Source of the DNA: a virus
Length of the DNA stretch: 38,810 bases
Reading direction: 5' to 3' (one strand)
IMG/VR virus record: IMGVR_UViG_3300020707_000002
This document shows positions 22,459 through 32,155 of this stretch, in pieces. Every line of letters begins with the position of its first letter. The first letter of the stretch is position 1. The position numbers were made by a program, and so were the translations under genes. The notes under the pieces were generated by a model. That model saw only the letters and a list, made by a program, of their open reading frames with translations. It was not told where the DNA came from and did no database searches.

Positions 22459-23205
22459 TTGAAGAACTTTGTCGAAGGATACCTGAAGAAGAAAGGGAAA
22501 GTGATAGCCAAACAGGTCGTAGAGCTTTACACCGCGATCGGCAAAGCAGACACCACGGATGATGATCAGGCAGACAAACTAATCAGCCAGGTCGATATCG
22601 ACTTTGCCGACCTGGTGCCAGACCTTATAGACCAACTCTCCGGGATAGCCAAAGAAGGGGTAAAGGCGGGCGCTGTTCAAATATCCCTTACCGAGACGAA
22701 CGCAACTAACCTGGCGAACGAAAGAGCAGAGGAATGGGCAGCAGACCGCGCCGCCGAACTGGTCGGCATGAAGTGGATCGACGGGGAGTTGGTGGTTAAT
22801 CCAAATGCAGAGTGGAGTATCGCCGAATCTACCAGAGACATGATCTATAAAGACGTTGAGGGGGCAATTTCGGATGGCTGGAGTAACCAGAAATTGAGAG
22901 ACTCAGTCATTGAGAATACCGGTTTTTCCAAAGAACGCGCCATGATGATTGCCCGGACAGAAACAGCGATTGCGGACACCCAGGGCAACAAAGCCGCGTA
23001 TCTCGAAGCAAAAGGCGCAGGATTGGACGTGAAATGGCAGTGGATGACCGCAGGTGATGATCTGGTTTCTGAGGAGTGCGAGATGAATGATCAAGCTATC
23101 GCAGAGATAGGAGAGGCATTTCCGAGCGGGGCAACGGAGCCACCGCAACATCCTAATTGCCGCTGTGTTTGCGCTCCGCGTGTAGGATCAGCCGTCGAAG
23201 AGTAG
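22459..23205 (+). CDS. Head morphogenesis protein, Mu F / SPP1 gp7 family
   Basis: MIARTETAIADTQGN and the terminal PPQHPNCRCV motif are characteristic of the Phage_Mu_F family. Confidence 0.85.
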   Translation: MKNFVEGYLKKKGKVIAKQVVELYTAIGKADTTDDDQADKLISQVDIDFADLVPDLIDQLSGIAKEGVKAGAVQISLTETNATNLANERAEEWAADRAAELVGMKWIDGELVVNPNAEWSIAESTRDMIYKDVEGAISDGWSNQKLRDSVIENTGFSKERAMMIARTETAIADTQGNKAAYLEAKGAGLDVKWQWMTAGDDLVSEECEMNDQAIAEIGEAFPSGATEPPQHPNCRCVCAPRVGSAVEE

Positions 23206-23223
23206 ATACCCATACCAACAATC

Positions 23224-23250
23224 AGCCCTGCGTAGTCGGGGCTTTTTATT
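23224..23250 (+). terminator. Terminator-like hairpin plus T-run after the packaging operon
   Basis: agccct..(8-nt loop)..ggggct followed by tttttatt. Confidence 0.5.
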
Positions 23251-23316
23251 ACGCTACTTTTAACAAACTATTTTTTTATTCCAACAGAATCACCACACCC
23301 CGCAATACCTCCGCTC

Positions 23317-23359
23317 ACTTTGTCCGCAAAACGCGCACTCGTCCCGGGTAGATTTTAAG
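23317..23359 (+). promoter_or_regulatory. Late promoter-like box, copy B
   Basis: The 21-nt box at 23317..23337 is identical to 548..568. TAGATT lies at 23349..23354 and TTTAAG at 23354..23359, with the same 16-nt box-to-TTTAAG spacing as copy A. It sits upstream of the protease/scaffold gene. Confidence 0.6.
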
Positions 23360-23399
23360 AAAAGGTCAGAAAACCACTTAAAAGAAACCCAAGAATCAT

Positions 23400-24554
23400 A
23401 TGAAATTTTATGGAGCGATCACCAAGACGGAAGAGATGGATGACGGCACTATCAAAGTATGGGGAACTGCATCATCCGAAGCCATCGATTCCGACGGAGA
23501 GATAATCACAGCGGAGGCCATGAAAGCCGCCATTCCTGATTACATGAAATTCGGAGGAACTGGCGCCGTCAGGGAAATGCACAAAGCGGCAGCTGCCGGT
23601 ACAACTTTTGAGATTGAAGTGCTGGATGACGGCACGACAAGTATAGGGACACACATCGTCGATCCTGTCGCAGTCAAGAAAGTTAAAACCGGAGTTTACA
23701 AAGGCTTCAGCATAGGCGGCAAAGTTACCAGCAGAGACGAACTCAAAAAGACAACTGTGACCGGCCTGAAGCTGGTGGAGATTTCCCTGGTTGATAGACC
23801 AGCAAACCAAGACGCGATTTTTTCTCTGGTGAAGTTTGAGGAAGGCGAAGAACACGACATCAAGAAATACGCAGGCGAGCAGATTTATGACGCATCACAA
23901 GCTCTTGAGGCCCTCAGAGCTGTCTTTTATCTCTACAGCAAAGAACTATCAGAGACCGTAGAGAATCCCGATCAAGTGGAGGCTTTGAAATCCGTGATAG
24001 ATAACCTCAAGGCATTTATTGCATCTGAGATCAAAGAGCCGGACAATAGCGCAGATGCCGGCTTTATCGCCTACGCCGCCACTACCGACGACCTCCACAA
24101 AGCAGGCGCCGAGATCAGCGCGAAGAACAAAAAGACCGCGCAGGCGATCCATGACCACGCCGTGAGCTTGGGCGCTTCTTGCACTCCGGACGCAGAGAAA
24201 GCCGAAGGAAGCGATGACCTGCAGAAAGTACAGCCCGAGCGGGACGATTTACAGAAAGCCTACGACACCCACACCGCAGCCCTGGAGTCAATCAGCAAGG
24301 CATGTGGCGAAGCGGGATGCATCGAGGGAGGATTAATCCCCGACTTCATCAAGGGCCTGAAGGAAGAACTCGACACGATCAAAGCAAAACCAGCACCAGC
24401 GAAAGCGGTCCTGAGCACCATCGCGATCGGCAAAACCGCAGATAGCGTAGGCTCAGACCTCACGCAATACGATGACTGCGTAGTGAAAAACGCCGACGGG
24501 ACGGTGAACGAAGCCGCAAGCCTTATGAAAGCAACCCGCAGAGGGCTGGCATAA
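23400..24554 (+). CDS. Prohead protease fused to scaffold-like C-terminal domain
   Basis: The N-terminal region ending in FSIGGKV...LKLVEISLVDRPANQDA matches the HK97-type prohead protease (S78) pattern L.EvSlV..PAn..A. The C-terminal 220 aa is helical, acidic and Ala-rich. Confidence 0.75.
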   Translation: MKFYGAITKTEEMDDGTIKVWGTASSEAIDSDGEIITAEAMKAAIPDYMKFGGTGAVREMHKAAAAGTTFEIEVLDDGTTSIGTHIVDPVAVKKVKTGVYKGFSIGGKVTSRDELKKTTVTGLKLVEISLVDRPANQDAIFSLVKFEEGEEHDIKKYAGEQIYDASQALEALRAVFYLYSKELSETVENPDQVEALKSVIDNLKAFIASEIKEPDNSADAGFIAYAATTDDLHKAGAEISAKNKKTAQAIHDHAVSLGASCTPDAEKAEGSDDLQKVQPERDDLQKAYDTHTAALESISKACGEAGCIEGGLIPDFIKGLKEELDTIKAKPAPAKAVLSTIAIGKTADSVGSDLTQYDDCVVKNADGTVNEAASLMKATRRGLA

Positions 24555-24583
24555 AAAACAACAAATCTAAACCAAACAAAGCG

Positions 24584-26110
24584 ATGAACGGAAGAATGAT
24601 CAAAGACACCCTGGATCTTATCAAGACCTCCAGGACTCAGCCGGACAACATCATCAAGGCGTACACTCAGCCAGGCTCTGCAACCACCGGCATGCAGGCG
24701 TATAACCTCCAGGCTCCATCGTTGAAGCTGTACCCGGTACTTACCCCTTTCAGGAACACGATTCCCAGGGTAGGCGGCGGTTACGCAATTCAGGCGAACT
24801 GGAAAGCATTTACAGGCATCAACACCGCCGGTACCCGCGGGTCTTTACAGGAAGGCAAAAGAGGCGGCGTGATCAGCACTTCACAGAACGAATACCTCGC
24901 AGCCTTTAAAGCCCTCGGCATCGAGCAGAGTATGACATTCGAATCCGGCTACGCAGCCCAGGAGTATGAAGATCTGAAATCCCTCAGTGCGATCCAGGCT
25001 CTGCAGGCTTTGATGATCGCCGAAGAGCGCACCATCCTGGGAGGCAACGCCACAGGCATCACCCTCGGTACAACAGCGACACCAACCCTGGTTCTGGGAT
25101 CAAACGGATCAGGATCACTGACCAACGCCACTACTTATAGCGTCATCGCCGTAGCGCTCACGCTGCAGGCATACCTTGACCTCGCAGGAGCAAACAACGG
25201 CGCAATCGGCCAGAGCTTCGTCGCATCAACCGCAGCTGTCCAAGGCCAGGTAACGCGTGCTAATGCTGACGGGACAACGACCGCCTACAACTCCGGGACC
25301 GGTCAAAAATCGGCAAACGCAACAATCCTAACAACCGGCGCAAACCAGAGCATCCAGGCCTCCGTAACCGCGCAGGCTGGAGCAGCAGGATACGCATGGT
25401 TTATCGGATTGGCAGGCTCTGAAAAGCTGGCCTACGTTTCCACCATCAACAGCGTAGTTCTTTATGGCGCACCAGGCTCTGGGCAGCTTGCCTCAGCACT
25501 GACCGCAGCGGATTTCTCGCTTAACCCCCTCGACTTTGACGGCCTATTTGCACAAGCGCTCAAGAGCGGATCAGGAGCATACGTCGCAATTCAGCCAACC
25601 GGCACCGTAGGCGTAGGCACACCGCTGACATCAGATGGCGCAGGCGGAATCGCCGAGTTCAATACCGCCTTTGATTATTTCTGGAGCATGTACCGACTAA
25701 GCCCTACTCGGATATACGTGTCCTCCCAGGAGAACAACAACATCTCCAAGAAGATCGTCGCCAACGGAGGCGTCCCACTTCTTCGAGAAGTTATCAGCGC
25801 CGATGCACAGGGCCAGCTCAGGAGCGGATTCAACGTGACCAGCGTCATGAACCGCGCGATGAACGTCGATGTACCGATCACCGTACACCCGAACATGACG
25901 CCAGGCACGATCCTGTTCTACACCGACTCGCTGCCTTACCCGCTACCGAGCATGAACGCGATAATCCGAATCCTTACCCGCCAGGATTACTACCAGGTGG
26001 AATGGCCAGTGGTTACCCGTCAGTACAACTTCGGAGTTTACGCGGACGAGGTGCTCCAGCATTACGCACCATTCTCGATGGGCGTTATCAGCAACATCGC
26101 CAACGGATAA
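24584..26110 (+). CDS. Major capsid protein (HK97 fold), unusually long
   Basis: Position after the protease-scaffold gene. YPVLTPFRNTIPR and ALMIAEERTILGGN are typical HK97-family MCP motifs. Confidence 0.8.
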   Translation: MNGRMIKDTLDLIKTSRTQPDNIIKAYTQPGSATTGMQAYNLQAPSLKLYPVLTPFRNTIPRVGGGYAIQANWKAFTGINTAGTRGSLQEGKRGGVISTSQNEYLAAFKALGIEQSMTFESGYAAQEYEDLKSLSAIQALQALMIAEERTILGGNATGITLGTTATPTLVLGSNGSGSLTNATTYSVIAVALTLQAYLDLAGANNGAIGQSFVASTAAVQGQVTRANADGTTTAYNSGTGQKSANATILTTGANQSIQASVTAQAGAAGYAWFIGLAGSEKLAYVSTINSVVLYGAPGSGQLASALTAADFSLNPLDFDGLFAQALKSGSGAYVAIQPTGTVGVGTPLTSDGAGGIAEFNTAFDYFWSMYRLSPTRIYVSSQENNNISKKIVANGGVPLLREVISADAQGQLRSGFNVTSVMNRAMNVDVPITVHPNMTPGTILFYTDSLPYPLPSMNAIIRILTRQDYYQVEWPVVTRQYNFGVYADEVLQHYAPFSMGVISNIANG

Positions 26111-26128
26111 AGCCAGCTTTCAGAAACC

Positions 26129-26157
26129 GCCCTGCTGAGAGGCAGGGCAAATTTTAC
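26129..26157 (+). terminator. Hairpin after the capsid gene (possible attenuating terminator)
   Basis: Stem gccctgc / gcagggc (26129..26135 and 26142..26148), loop tgagag, then aaatttt. Confidence 0.4.
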
Positions 26158-26161
26158 AGAT

Positions 26162-26446
26162 ATGATCAAAATGAAACTGCCAGCCGGAAGCCACTCCGTG
26201 AGTTTCGAGGGAGTGGAATACAAGGGAAAAAAAGGCATCGTCGAGGTGCCAGAGGAAGCAGAACAGACGCTTTACAGCTTCGGACTCCTGACGGTCGGAA
26301 AGAATGTGCCAGACGAAGAACAAGAAACCAGGCCAGCGCCTGATCCTGATCCAGCGCCTGCATCCATTGAGGCAGCAGCCGAGGAACAGCTGGCGCCGGA
26401 AGCCGTAGAGGAAAAACCAGCTGCGCCAGCAGCGCCAACGGAGTAA
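26162..26446 (+). CDS. Hypothetical head-associated protein with Pro/Ala/Glu-rich tail
   Basis: 94-aa ORF between the capsid and connector genes. Confidence 0.5.
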   Translation: MIKMKLPAGSHSVSFEGVEYKGKKGIVEVPEEAEQTLYSFGLLTVGKNVPDEEQETRPAPDPDPAPASIEAAAEEQLAPEAVEEKPAAPAAPTE

Positions 26447-26449
26447 CCT

Positions 26450-26995
26450 GTGCCAGACTTGTGCGTGCTTGCCGACGTTAAAGCATACCTGGGATTGACA
26501 TCCAGCGCCGATGACGCCGTACTATCGTCGATCATCTCAGCAGAGAGCGCATTCATCCAGGGAATGCTTAACCGGCAACTTGCAGTACTTCCTTACACGG
26601 ATCAGTTCTGTGGCGGAGGCAAGACCGGGCACAAGCTGTACCAATCCCCATGCGGGACGGTCACATCGGTAACCGTGAACGGATGCGCGATACCGGCGAC
26701 CACAAGCTCAACGGCCGCAGGGTACATGGTCATAAAGGACAACGTCGTTCTTTTCGGCTACACCTTCAGCCGAGGGAATTACAACTGCGTGATAACCTAC
26801 ACCGCCGGAATCACCTGCCCGCCAGATGTAGCGCATGCATGCCTTGAACTGGTGGCGCTGAAATACAAGGAGAAGGATAGGGTAGGACTTGCGAGCAAGG
26901 GCCTGGCAGGGGAAACCACAAGTTACGTCACATCGGCAATGCCTGAGCACGTGAAAGCAATCCTGAAAAACTACAGGAGAATCGTGCCGTCATGA
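26450..26995 (+). CDS. Head-tail connector (gp6-like / DNA-packaging QLRG-type) protein
   Basis: GTG start. The N-terminal LADVKAYLGLTSSADDAVLSSIISAESAFIQ matches the gp6-like head-tail connector motif. Confidence 0.65.
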   Translation: MPDLCVLADVKAYLGLTSSADDAVLSSIISAESAFIQGMLNRQLAVLPYTDQFCGGGKTGHKLYQSPCGTVTSVTVNGCAIPATTSSTAAGYMVIKDNVVLFGYTFSRGNYNCVITYTAGITCPPDVAHACLELVALKYKEKDRVGLASKGLAGETTSYVTSAMPEHVKAILKNYRRIVPS

Positions 26996-27480
26996 TCACA
27001 GCAAAACTGGAGAACGGGAAGGAACTCACGAAAAGATTCAAGGACTCCATCCCGGAGATCCAGAACGGCGTGCAGAAGGAAATCATGCGGCTGGCGCTCA
27101 AGATGACCGGTAAAGTTATGGGTAAGCTGAGTGGTGATGTTTTGAGGGTAAGGACTGGCCGGTTAAGACGATCAATCCACCCTGAATGGGATTTCAAGCA
27201 GGGGTACTCAGGCGCAACAGTCGGAACAAATGTCGAGTACGCGGGTATTCATGAGTACGGGTTCAGCGGCTCAGTTCTGGTTAAATCGTTTCAACGCGAA
27301 ATGACGAAAGCCTTTGGTAAGCCGATATCACCCACGCAAGTGACGGTTAGGGCGCACACAAGAAATATCAACATGCCAGAGCGCAGTTTTCTACGGACAA
27401 CATTGCGGGAAATGAACTCAGAGATCACTGACTCATTGCAGCTCGCTGTTACGAAGGAACTCAACAAGGTTAAACTATGA
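26992..27480 (+). CDS. HK97 gp10-family head-tail joining protein
   Basis: RVRTGRLRRSI...GATVGTNVEYAGIHEYG matches the gp10-family signature (tG.Lr.si...v.Ya..vEfG). Confidence 0.75.
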   Translation: MITAKLENGKELTKRFKDSIPEIQNGVQKEIMRLALKMTGKVMGKLSGDVLRVRTGRLRRSIHPEWDFKQGYSGATVGTNVEYAGIHEYGFSGSVLVKSFQREMTKAFGKPISPTQVTVRAHTRNINMPERSFLRTTLREMNSEITDSLQLAVTKELNKVKL

Positions 27481-27902
27481 CCCGTGAATCAATATACAGC
27501 GCTCTCTTCGCGAAACTTTCTGGCATATCAGGGCTTGTAACCGTGAGCCGGCGATTGAAGCATTATAGCGACGTATCGCCATCAGAGCAGCCGGCGATGT
27601 TTGTAACGCAGGCCGCGCAATTTGTCAAGCAAACAAAAGGACTCCCGTCACAGTATACGCTTGAGGCCAAAATCTGGGTTTACACGAACGATCCGGATCC
27701 GACGAAAGCCCCTGCACAAGCAATCAATGACATTATGGATCAGGTAGATGCAATTCTGAAGCCGACGACACCAGCCAACAAGCAGACGCTCGGCGGACTG
27801 GTGGAACACTGCTGGATTGACGGGGAGATTATAACGGATGAAGGGACGCTCGGAGATCAGTCCGTAGCGATCTATACCATAAAAATGCAAACAACAACAT
27901 AA
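27477..27902 (+). CDS. Tail completion/terminator-like protein
   Basis: 141 aa, between the gp10-like gene and the major tail gene. ATGA overlap. The call is positional. Confidence 0.5.
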   Translation: MTRESIYSALFAKLSGISGLVTVSRRLKHYSDVSPSEQPAMFVTQAAQFVKQTKGLPSQYTLEAKIWVYTNDPDPTKAPAQAINDIMDQVDAILKPTTPANKQTLGGLVEHCWIDGEIITDEGTLGDQSVAIYTIKMQTTT

Positions 27903-27914
27903 ACAGGAAAAATC

Positions 27915-28676
27915 ATGCCTCAATTCGTTTTCGGCCCCGGCAACATTTACGCGATCCCGCTTACCACTTACGACGGCACCGCAATTACCGTACCTACTCC
28001 CGTTCAGATCGGGACGCTTCAGGGCGGTTCCATAGACTTTTCGTGGGACATTAAAGAGCTTTATGGTCAGCGTCAGTTTCCTGTAGCCGCTGGTCGCGGA
28101 AAAGGTAAGATCGCAGGTAAAGCAACTTTCGCGCAGTTTAACGCTGCAGCCGTAAACTCTCTCGTTTTCGGTCAGACTCAGACAAGTGCTCTTTGCGCAA
28201 TCGTCAACGACGTGACCGGCACGGCAATTCCTACGACTCCTTTCCAGATCACAGTAACCCCTCCGTTATCGGGCACTTACCTTAATGATCTTGGCGTCGT
28301 CATGAACGGCATCCCGATGACACAGGTGGCTTCAGGTCCAACAACAGGCCAATATTCTCACACGGCAGGCGTTTACACATTCGCCACCGCCGATGTCGGT
28401 CAGATTGTGTTTATCAACTACTCGTACACCGCTGTTGCAGCAACAGCTGCGGATTTGATTATTTCAAATCCGTTCATGGGATATGCGCCGACATTTTCAG
28501 TGTCGTTCTCGATAAACTATAACGGGAAAAACGGCACGATCATTCTCAACTCCTGCACGTCAAGCAAGTTCAGTGTTGCGACAAAATTAGATGACTTCGC
28601 TATCCCTGAATTTGATTTCACGGGCTACGCGGACGCGAACCAGAAAGTGGGACGTATTTCTTTCAGCGATAAATAA
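27915..28676 (+). CDS. Major tail (tube) protein
   Basis: 253 aa, directly upstream of the chaperone pair and the tape measure gene. The call is positional. Confidence 0.65.
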   Translation: MPQFVFGPGNIYAIPLTTYDGTAITVPTPVQIGTLQGGSIDFSWDIKELYGQRQFPVAAGRGKGKIAGKATFAQFNAAAVNSLVFGQTQTSALCAIVNDVTGTAIPTTPFQITVTPPLSGTYLNDLGVVMNGIPMTQVASGPTTGQYSHTAGVYTFATADVGQIVFINYSYTAVAATAADLIISNPFMGYAPTFSVSFSINYNGKNGTIILNSCTSSKFSVATKLDDFAIPEFDFTGYADANQKVGRISFSDK

Positions 28677-28690
28677 CCGGTAAAAACACT

Positions 28691-29026
28691 ATGGCTATAG
28701 TAACAATTAAGGGCGTGTCATTTCCTTTTTCTGGGGGCAAGTCTTTTGAGCTTGCCCCTCTGAATATCAAGGCGGTAAAAAACCTGCAGGCAGAGTATGG
28801 GAAATTCAACACATGGGACAAGCACGCCGCTGATCTTGACTTTGAATTTATGACGACAGTTGTACTGTATTCGCTCAAGAGGAACTACCCCGACATGACC
28901 GTTGAAGATGTTGATGAAATGGCAGATATAGGAATACTGATGAAGGCTTTTGTCGCAATCATGACCGTCATGGGCGCGGTAGCATCTGACGTGGTTGAGG
29001 GGGGGAAGAAGCCGGGGAAGAAATAG
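28691..29026 (+). CDS. Tail assembly chaperone (gpG-like)
   Basis: 111 aa, between the major tail and tape measure genes. It ends just after a G7 slippery run. Confidence 0.7.
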   Translation: MAIVTIKGVSFPFSGGKSFELAPLNIKAVKNLQAEYGKFNTWDKHAADLDFEFMTTVVLYSLKRNYPDMTVEDVDEMADIGILMKAFVAIMTVMGAVASDVVEGGKKPGKK

Positions 29027-29298
29027 AAGATTGGGATGAGCTAACTATCCACTTGGTAATGAGCACAGGGATGAGTGCTCAACAAGTGGATGATTGGTTT
29101 GATTTTCCTCGGCTGAGGGTCTTTACAAGACACACGGACAAATGCCCGCCATCGTATATAAGCATAGCTAAACTTGCTGCTTATTTCGGAGTGTCGCAGC
29201 CATCAAAAACCGCGACACAAGCAGGGCAATCAATGCCGAACATTTCAAGCAAAGATAACGATTCCGCTATCGCTCAATTTATAACCATGCTGGGGTAA
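28999..29298 (+). CDS. -1 frame extension of the tail assembly chaperone (gpT-like part of a G-T fusion)
   Basis: The -1 frame is open from 28999 (just after a TGA at 28996..28998) to the stop at 29296..29298. That stop abuts the tape-measure ATG. The only in-frame initiator is a TTG at 29053. Confidence 0.6.
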   Translation, partial: GGEEAGEEIEDWDELTIHLVMSTGMSAQQVDDWFDFPRLRVFTRHTDKCPPSYISIAKLAAYFGVSQPSKTATQAGQSMPNISSKDNDSAIAQFITMLG

Positions 29299-31934
29299 TG
29301 GCAAACAACAACAGTGACACCAATATTGAAGTAGGGTTTGGAGCCAATACCGGGGAGCTCGAAGCTGGCGCGCAAAAAGCAGCTCAATCCGTACAGGACG
29401 CCACCGCAAAAATAAAAGCAGGCTGCGAAACTCTTTCTGTGAGCGCAAAAGCTGAAACCGAAAAGGCTGTTTTGTCTTTTCAGACTATGGGGACGCAAAT
29501 AAAGGGGATCAGCGAACAGATATCCACAGCGATAAGCGGAATGACAGGCATGCTTGCTGTATTCGCCGGAGGGGCTGTATTTGCGGCGACGATCAAAGCG
29601 TTTCAAGATGAGGTAGGTCAGGCTCGGCAGTTGATGAATACTTTTGGAATGACAGCAGAGAAAGCGTCCATACTGAACACACAACTAAAACTTGTCGGTT
29701 TGACGTCTGAGGACTATACAGGCATGGCTCAAAAACTCGGACGACAAGTCAAGCAGAACGAGCAAGGGCTAAATGACCTTGGAGTTAAGACGAAGGATGT
29801 AAACGGGAATTATCTCGATCAGCAGACGATCATGAAGAACGCTACTGACGTGATGATGTCATATAAAGCCGGAACAGACCGTAACCAAGTGTCAATGCTC
29901 TTGTGGGGGCGTAACTCTCAGGACGCAATTAAACTCCAAAAGCTCAATAATGAGTCTATGGAGAAAGCGACAGAACTGGCTCAAAAGCTTGGCCTTGTAC
30001 TCTCGGGGGAAGCGATGCAAGCGTCGAAAGAATACAAGGCGGAAATGAACGCGACGAAGATCGTCGTCGAGGGGTTTATGGCGAAGATAGGAGAGAGTCT
30101 TATCCCTTTACTCACGAAACTCGGTCAGCTATTCGTTCAGATAGGACAAGAGTTGTTCCCAATCTTCACCGCGGCTATTGATGTATCAAAAACGGCTGTA
30201 GATGGTCTCGGTACGATCATTAAAACCTTTACCGATAACACGATTAAGCTTTTCCATGACTTGACAGGCGAGAGCCATAAGGCGTTCGCGAAAGACATGC
30301 CGGACGACATGTGGTCGTGGAAGAACGTTGTCGAGATGGTAGGCGACGCTGTAGAGGGGATTTTCAGCACGATTGATAGGGCTTTGATTGAGCTGTTCGG
30401 CGACATCAGAATGGTCACTTTGGCATGGAGCACAATGTGGGCCGCATACGGGCAAGCCGTAAGCGGGAACTTCACAGGAGCTATGGATTCGGTAAAACAA
30501 GGATATAAAGAAGAGCAGAAAGTCATAAAAGAGACGGAGCAAGCTCTTAAAGATCAGGAAGCCGCTCAGCTTTCATCTGCGGCGAAACGGGCAGCAGCAG
30601 AGCGCGGAGTGGCTAAAGAAAGAGAAGCCGCGAATAACGGTAAAACGTATGACGGCGAATCAGGAAAGCGAAAGAAAACGGGAAAGACGAAAGGCGATGG
30701 TGAAGCGTCTTACATAGAGCAGTTAACCGCTGATCTGGACAAGCAAAAGCTTGAATATGAGCAATACTACGCATCAATCGGACAAATAAGAGAGGTTAGC
30801 AAACAGCAGGAAGCGAATTATTGGAAAGGTGCGCTTGATCAAACAGGATTAACGGAGAAAGAGCGCCTTGATATTTATACCAGGTACGCGAAACTGCAAT
30901 TGCAGGTAGATAAGCAAGCTCTCAAAGACAAAGAGGAAAGAGGCAAGGCTGAGATTGAGATAGAGCGCACAACGCAGGACGGGATTATTGCTCTCGAAGA
31001 GGAATCGGCACGTCATGCAAACGCTCTGAACCTTACATCTAAAGAGGAATATCTATCTCAAGAGAAAAGCTTTTTAACGAAGAAATATGACATTGACGCC
31101 GCAGCCCTTCAAAAAGAAATAGACCTATACAAGGGTGATCCAAACAGCGAGAAGAAGGTTGAGCAGCTCAATCAGAAGCTTATATCCTTAAAAACAAAGT
31201 ATGCCCTTGATTACCAAAAAGCTGATAACAAGCAAGTTGAGGATAGTAAGATGAAATGGACAGACCTTTTCAAGTCAATTAGTGATGGATTCGGGAAGTC
31301 AATCGGCGGGTTTATTGTCGGAACAAAAAACTTTCAGTCCGCTATGCTTGGTGTCTGGCAAGGAATACAAGGCGCGTTTGAGACGATGATCGGGAATATG
31401 ATAGCAAAATGGACGGCAGGGGAGTTGGCAAAGCTTGCAGTAACACTTGGAATACTTCCTGCTCAATCAGCGGGCGAAGCGGCGGCATCAGCAACAAGCA
31501 TAGCGACAAAAAAAGCTGAAGCGGCGATGACTATACCGGCATCAGCCGGTATAGCAGCGGGAGAGGCAGCCGCATCCGTTGCAGGAATCCCTTACGTTGG
31601 CCCTGAAATGGCAGCCGCAGCCTATGCGTCAACTATGGCTATGGTAATGTCTGGTTTGGCTGTCGCATCGGCATCCGGTGGCTACGATATCCCCGCAGGA
31701 ATAAACCCCATCACGCAGCTTCACCAAAGCGAGATGGTACTACCTGCAAAGTATGCGGATGTTATCCGAGGCATGGCCGGGAGTTCATCGCCGGCAGGCG
31801 CAACGACAAGCGGAGGGGATATTCACCTGCACGTCAATGCGGTTGATGCTCATTCGGTGAGAAGATTATTCCAGGACAACGGCTCGGCGCTGGCGGACAG
31901 TTTGAAACACCAAATGAGGAACCTGAAACGATGA
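29298..31934 (+). CDS. Tape measure protein
   Basis: 878 aa with long coiled-coil stretches and a Gly/Ala-rich hydrophobic segment (AAGEAAASVAGIPYVGPEMAAAAYASTMAMVMSGLAVASASGG). Canonical position. Confidence 0.9.
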   Translation: MANNNSDTNIEVGFGANTGELEAGAQKAAQSVQDATAKIKAGCETLSVSAKAETEKAVLSFQTMGTQIKGISEQISTAISGMTGMLAVFAGGAVFAATIKAFQDEVGQARQLMNTFGMTAEKASILNTQLKLVGLTSEDYTGMAQKLGRQVKQNEQGLNDLGVKTKDVNGNYLDQQTIMKNATDVMMSYKAGTDRNQVSMLLWGRNSQDAIKLQKLNNESMEKATELAQKLGLVLSGEAMQASKEYKAEMNATKIVVEGFMAKIGESLIPLLTKLGQLFVQIGQELFPIFTAAIDVSKTAVDGLGTIIKTFTDNTIKLFHDLTGESHKAFAKDMPDDMWSWKNVVEMVGDAVEGIFSTIDRALIELFGDIRMVTLAWSTMWAAYGQAVSGNFTGAMDSVKQGYKEEQKVIKETEQALKDQEAAQLSSAAKRAAAERGVAKEREAANNGKTYDGESGKRKKTGKTKGDGEASYIEQLTADLDKQKLEYEQYYASIGQIREVSKQQEANYWKGALDQTGLTEKERLDIYTRYAKLQLQVDKQALKDKEERGKAEIEIERTTQDGIIALEEESARHANALNLTSKEEYLSQEKSFLTKKYDIDAAALQKEIDLYKGDPNSEKKVEQLNQKLISLKTKYALDYQKADNKQVEDSKMKWTDLFKSISDGFGKSIGGFIVGTKNFQSAMLGVWQGIQGAFETMIGNMIAKWTAGELAKLAVTLGILPAQSAGEAAASATSIATKKAEAAMTIPASAGIAAGEAAASVAGIPYVGPEMAAAAYASTMAMVMSGLAVASASGGYDIPAGINPITQLHQSEMVLPAKYADVIRGMAGSSSPAGATTSGGDIHLHVNAVDAHSVRRLFQDNGSALADSLKHQMRNLKR

Positions 31935-32155
31935 CCGATAACGAAGAATTGTGGATTTGTCTGAACTGGAAAGAACCTACCGAAGAATACCCGGCAAATA
32001 TTGAGTTTACGGGAATCTTTGATACAGAAGAAAAAGCGGTATCAGCTTGTTCAGGGTGGGGCTATGGAGTCGGCCCAGTTTACTTGAATAAAAGACTCCC
32101 GACCGAATCGACAACATGGCCGGGGTTTTACTTCCCACAGCAAGGAAAAGAATAA
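31931..32155 (+). CDS. Hypothetical protein (74 aa) between tape measure and distal tail genes
   Basis: ATGA overlap with the tape measure gene. No family recognised. Confidence 0.5.
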   Translation: MTDNEELWICLNWKEPTEEYPANIEFTGIFDTEEKAVSACSGWGYGVGPVYLNKRLPTESTTWPGFYFPQQGKE

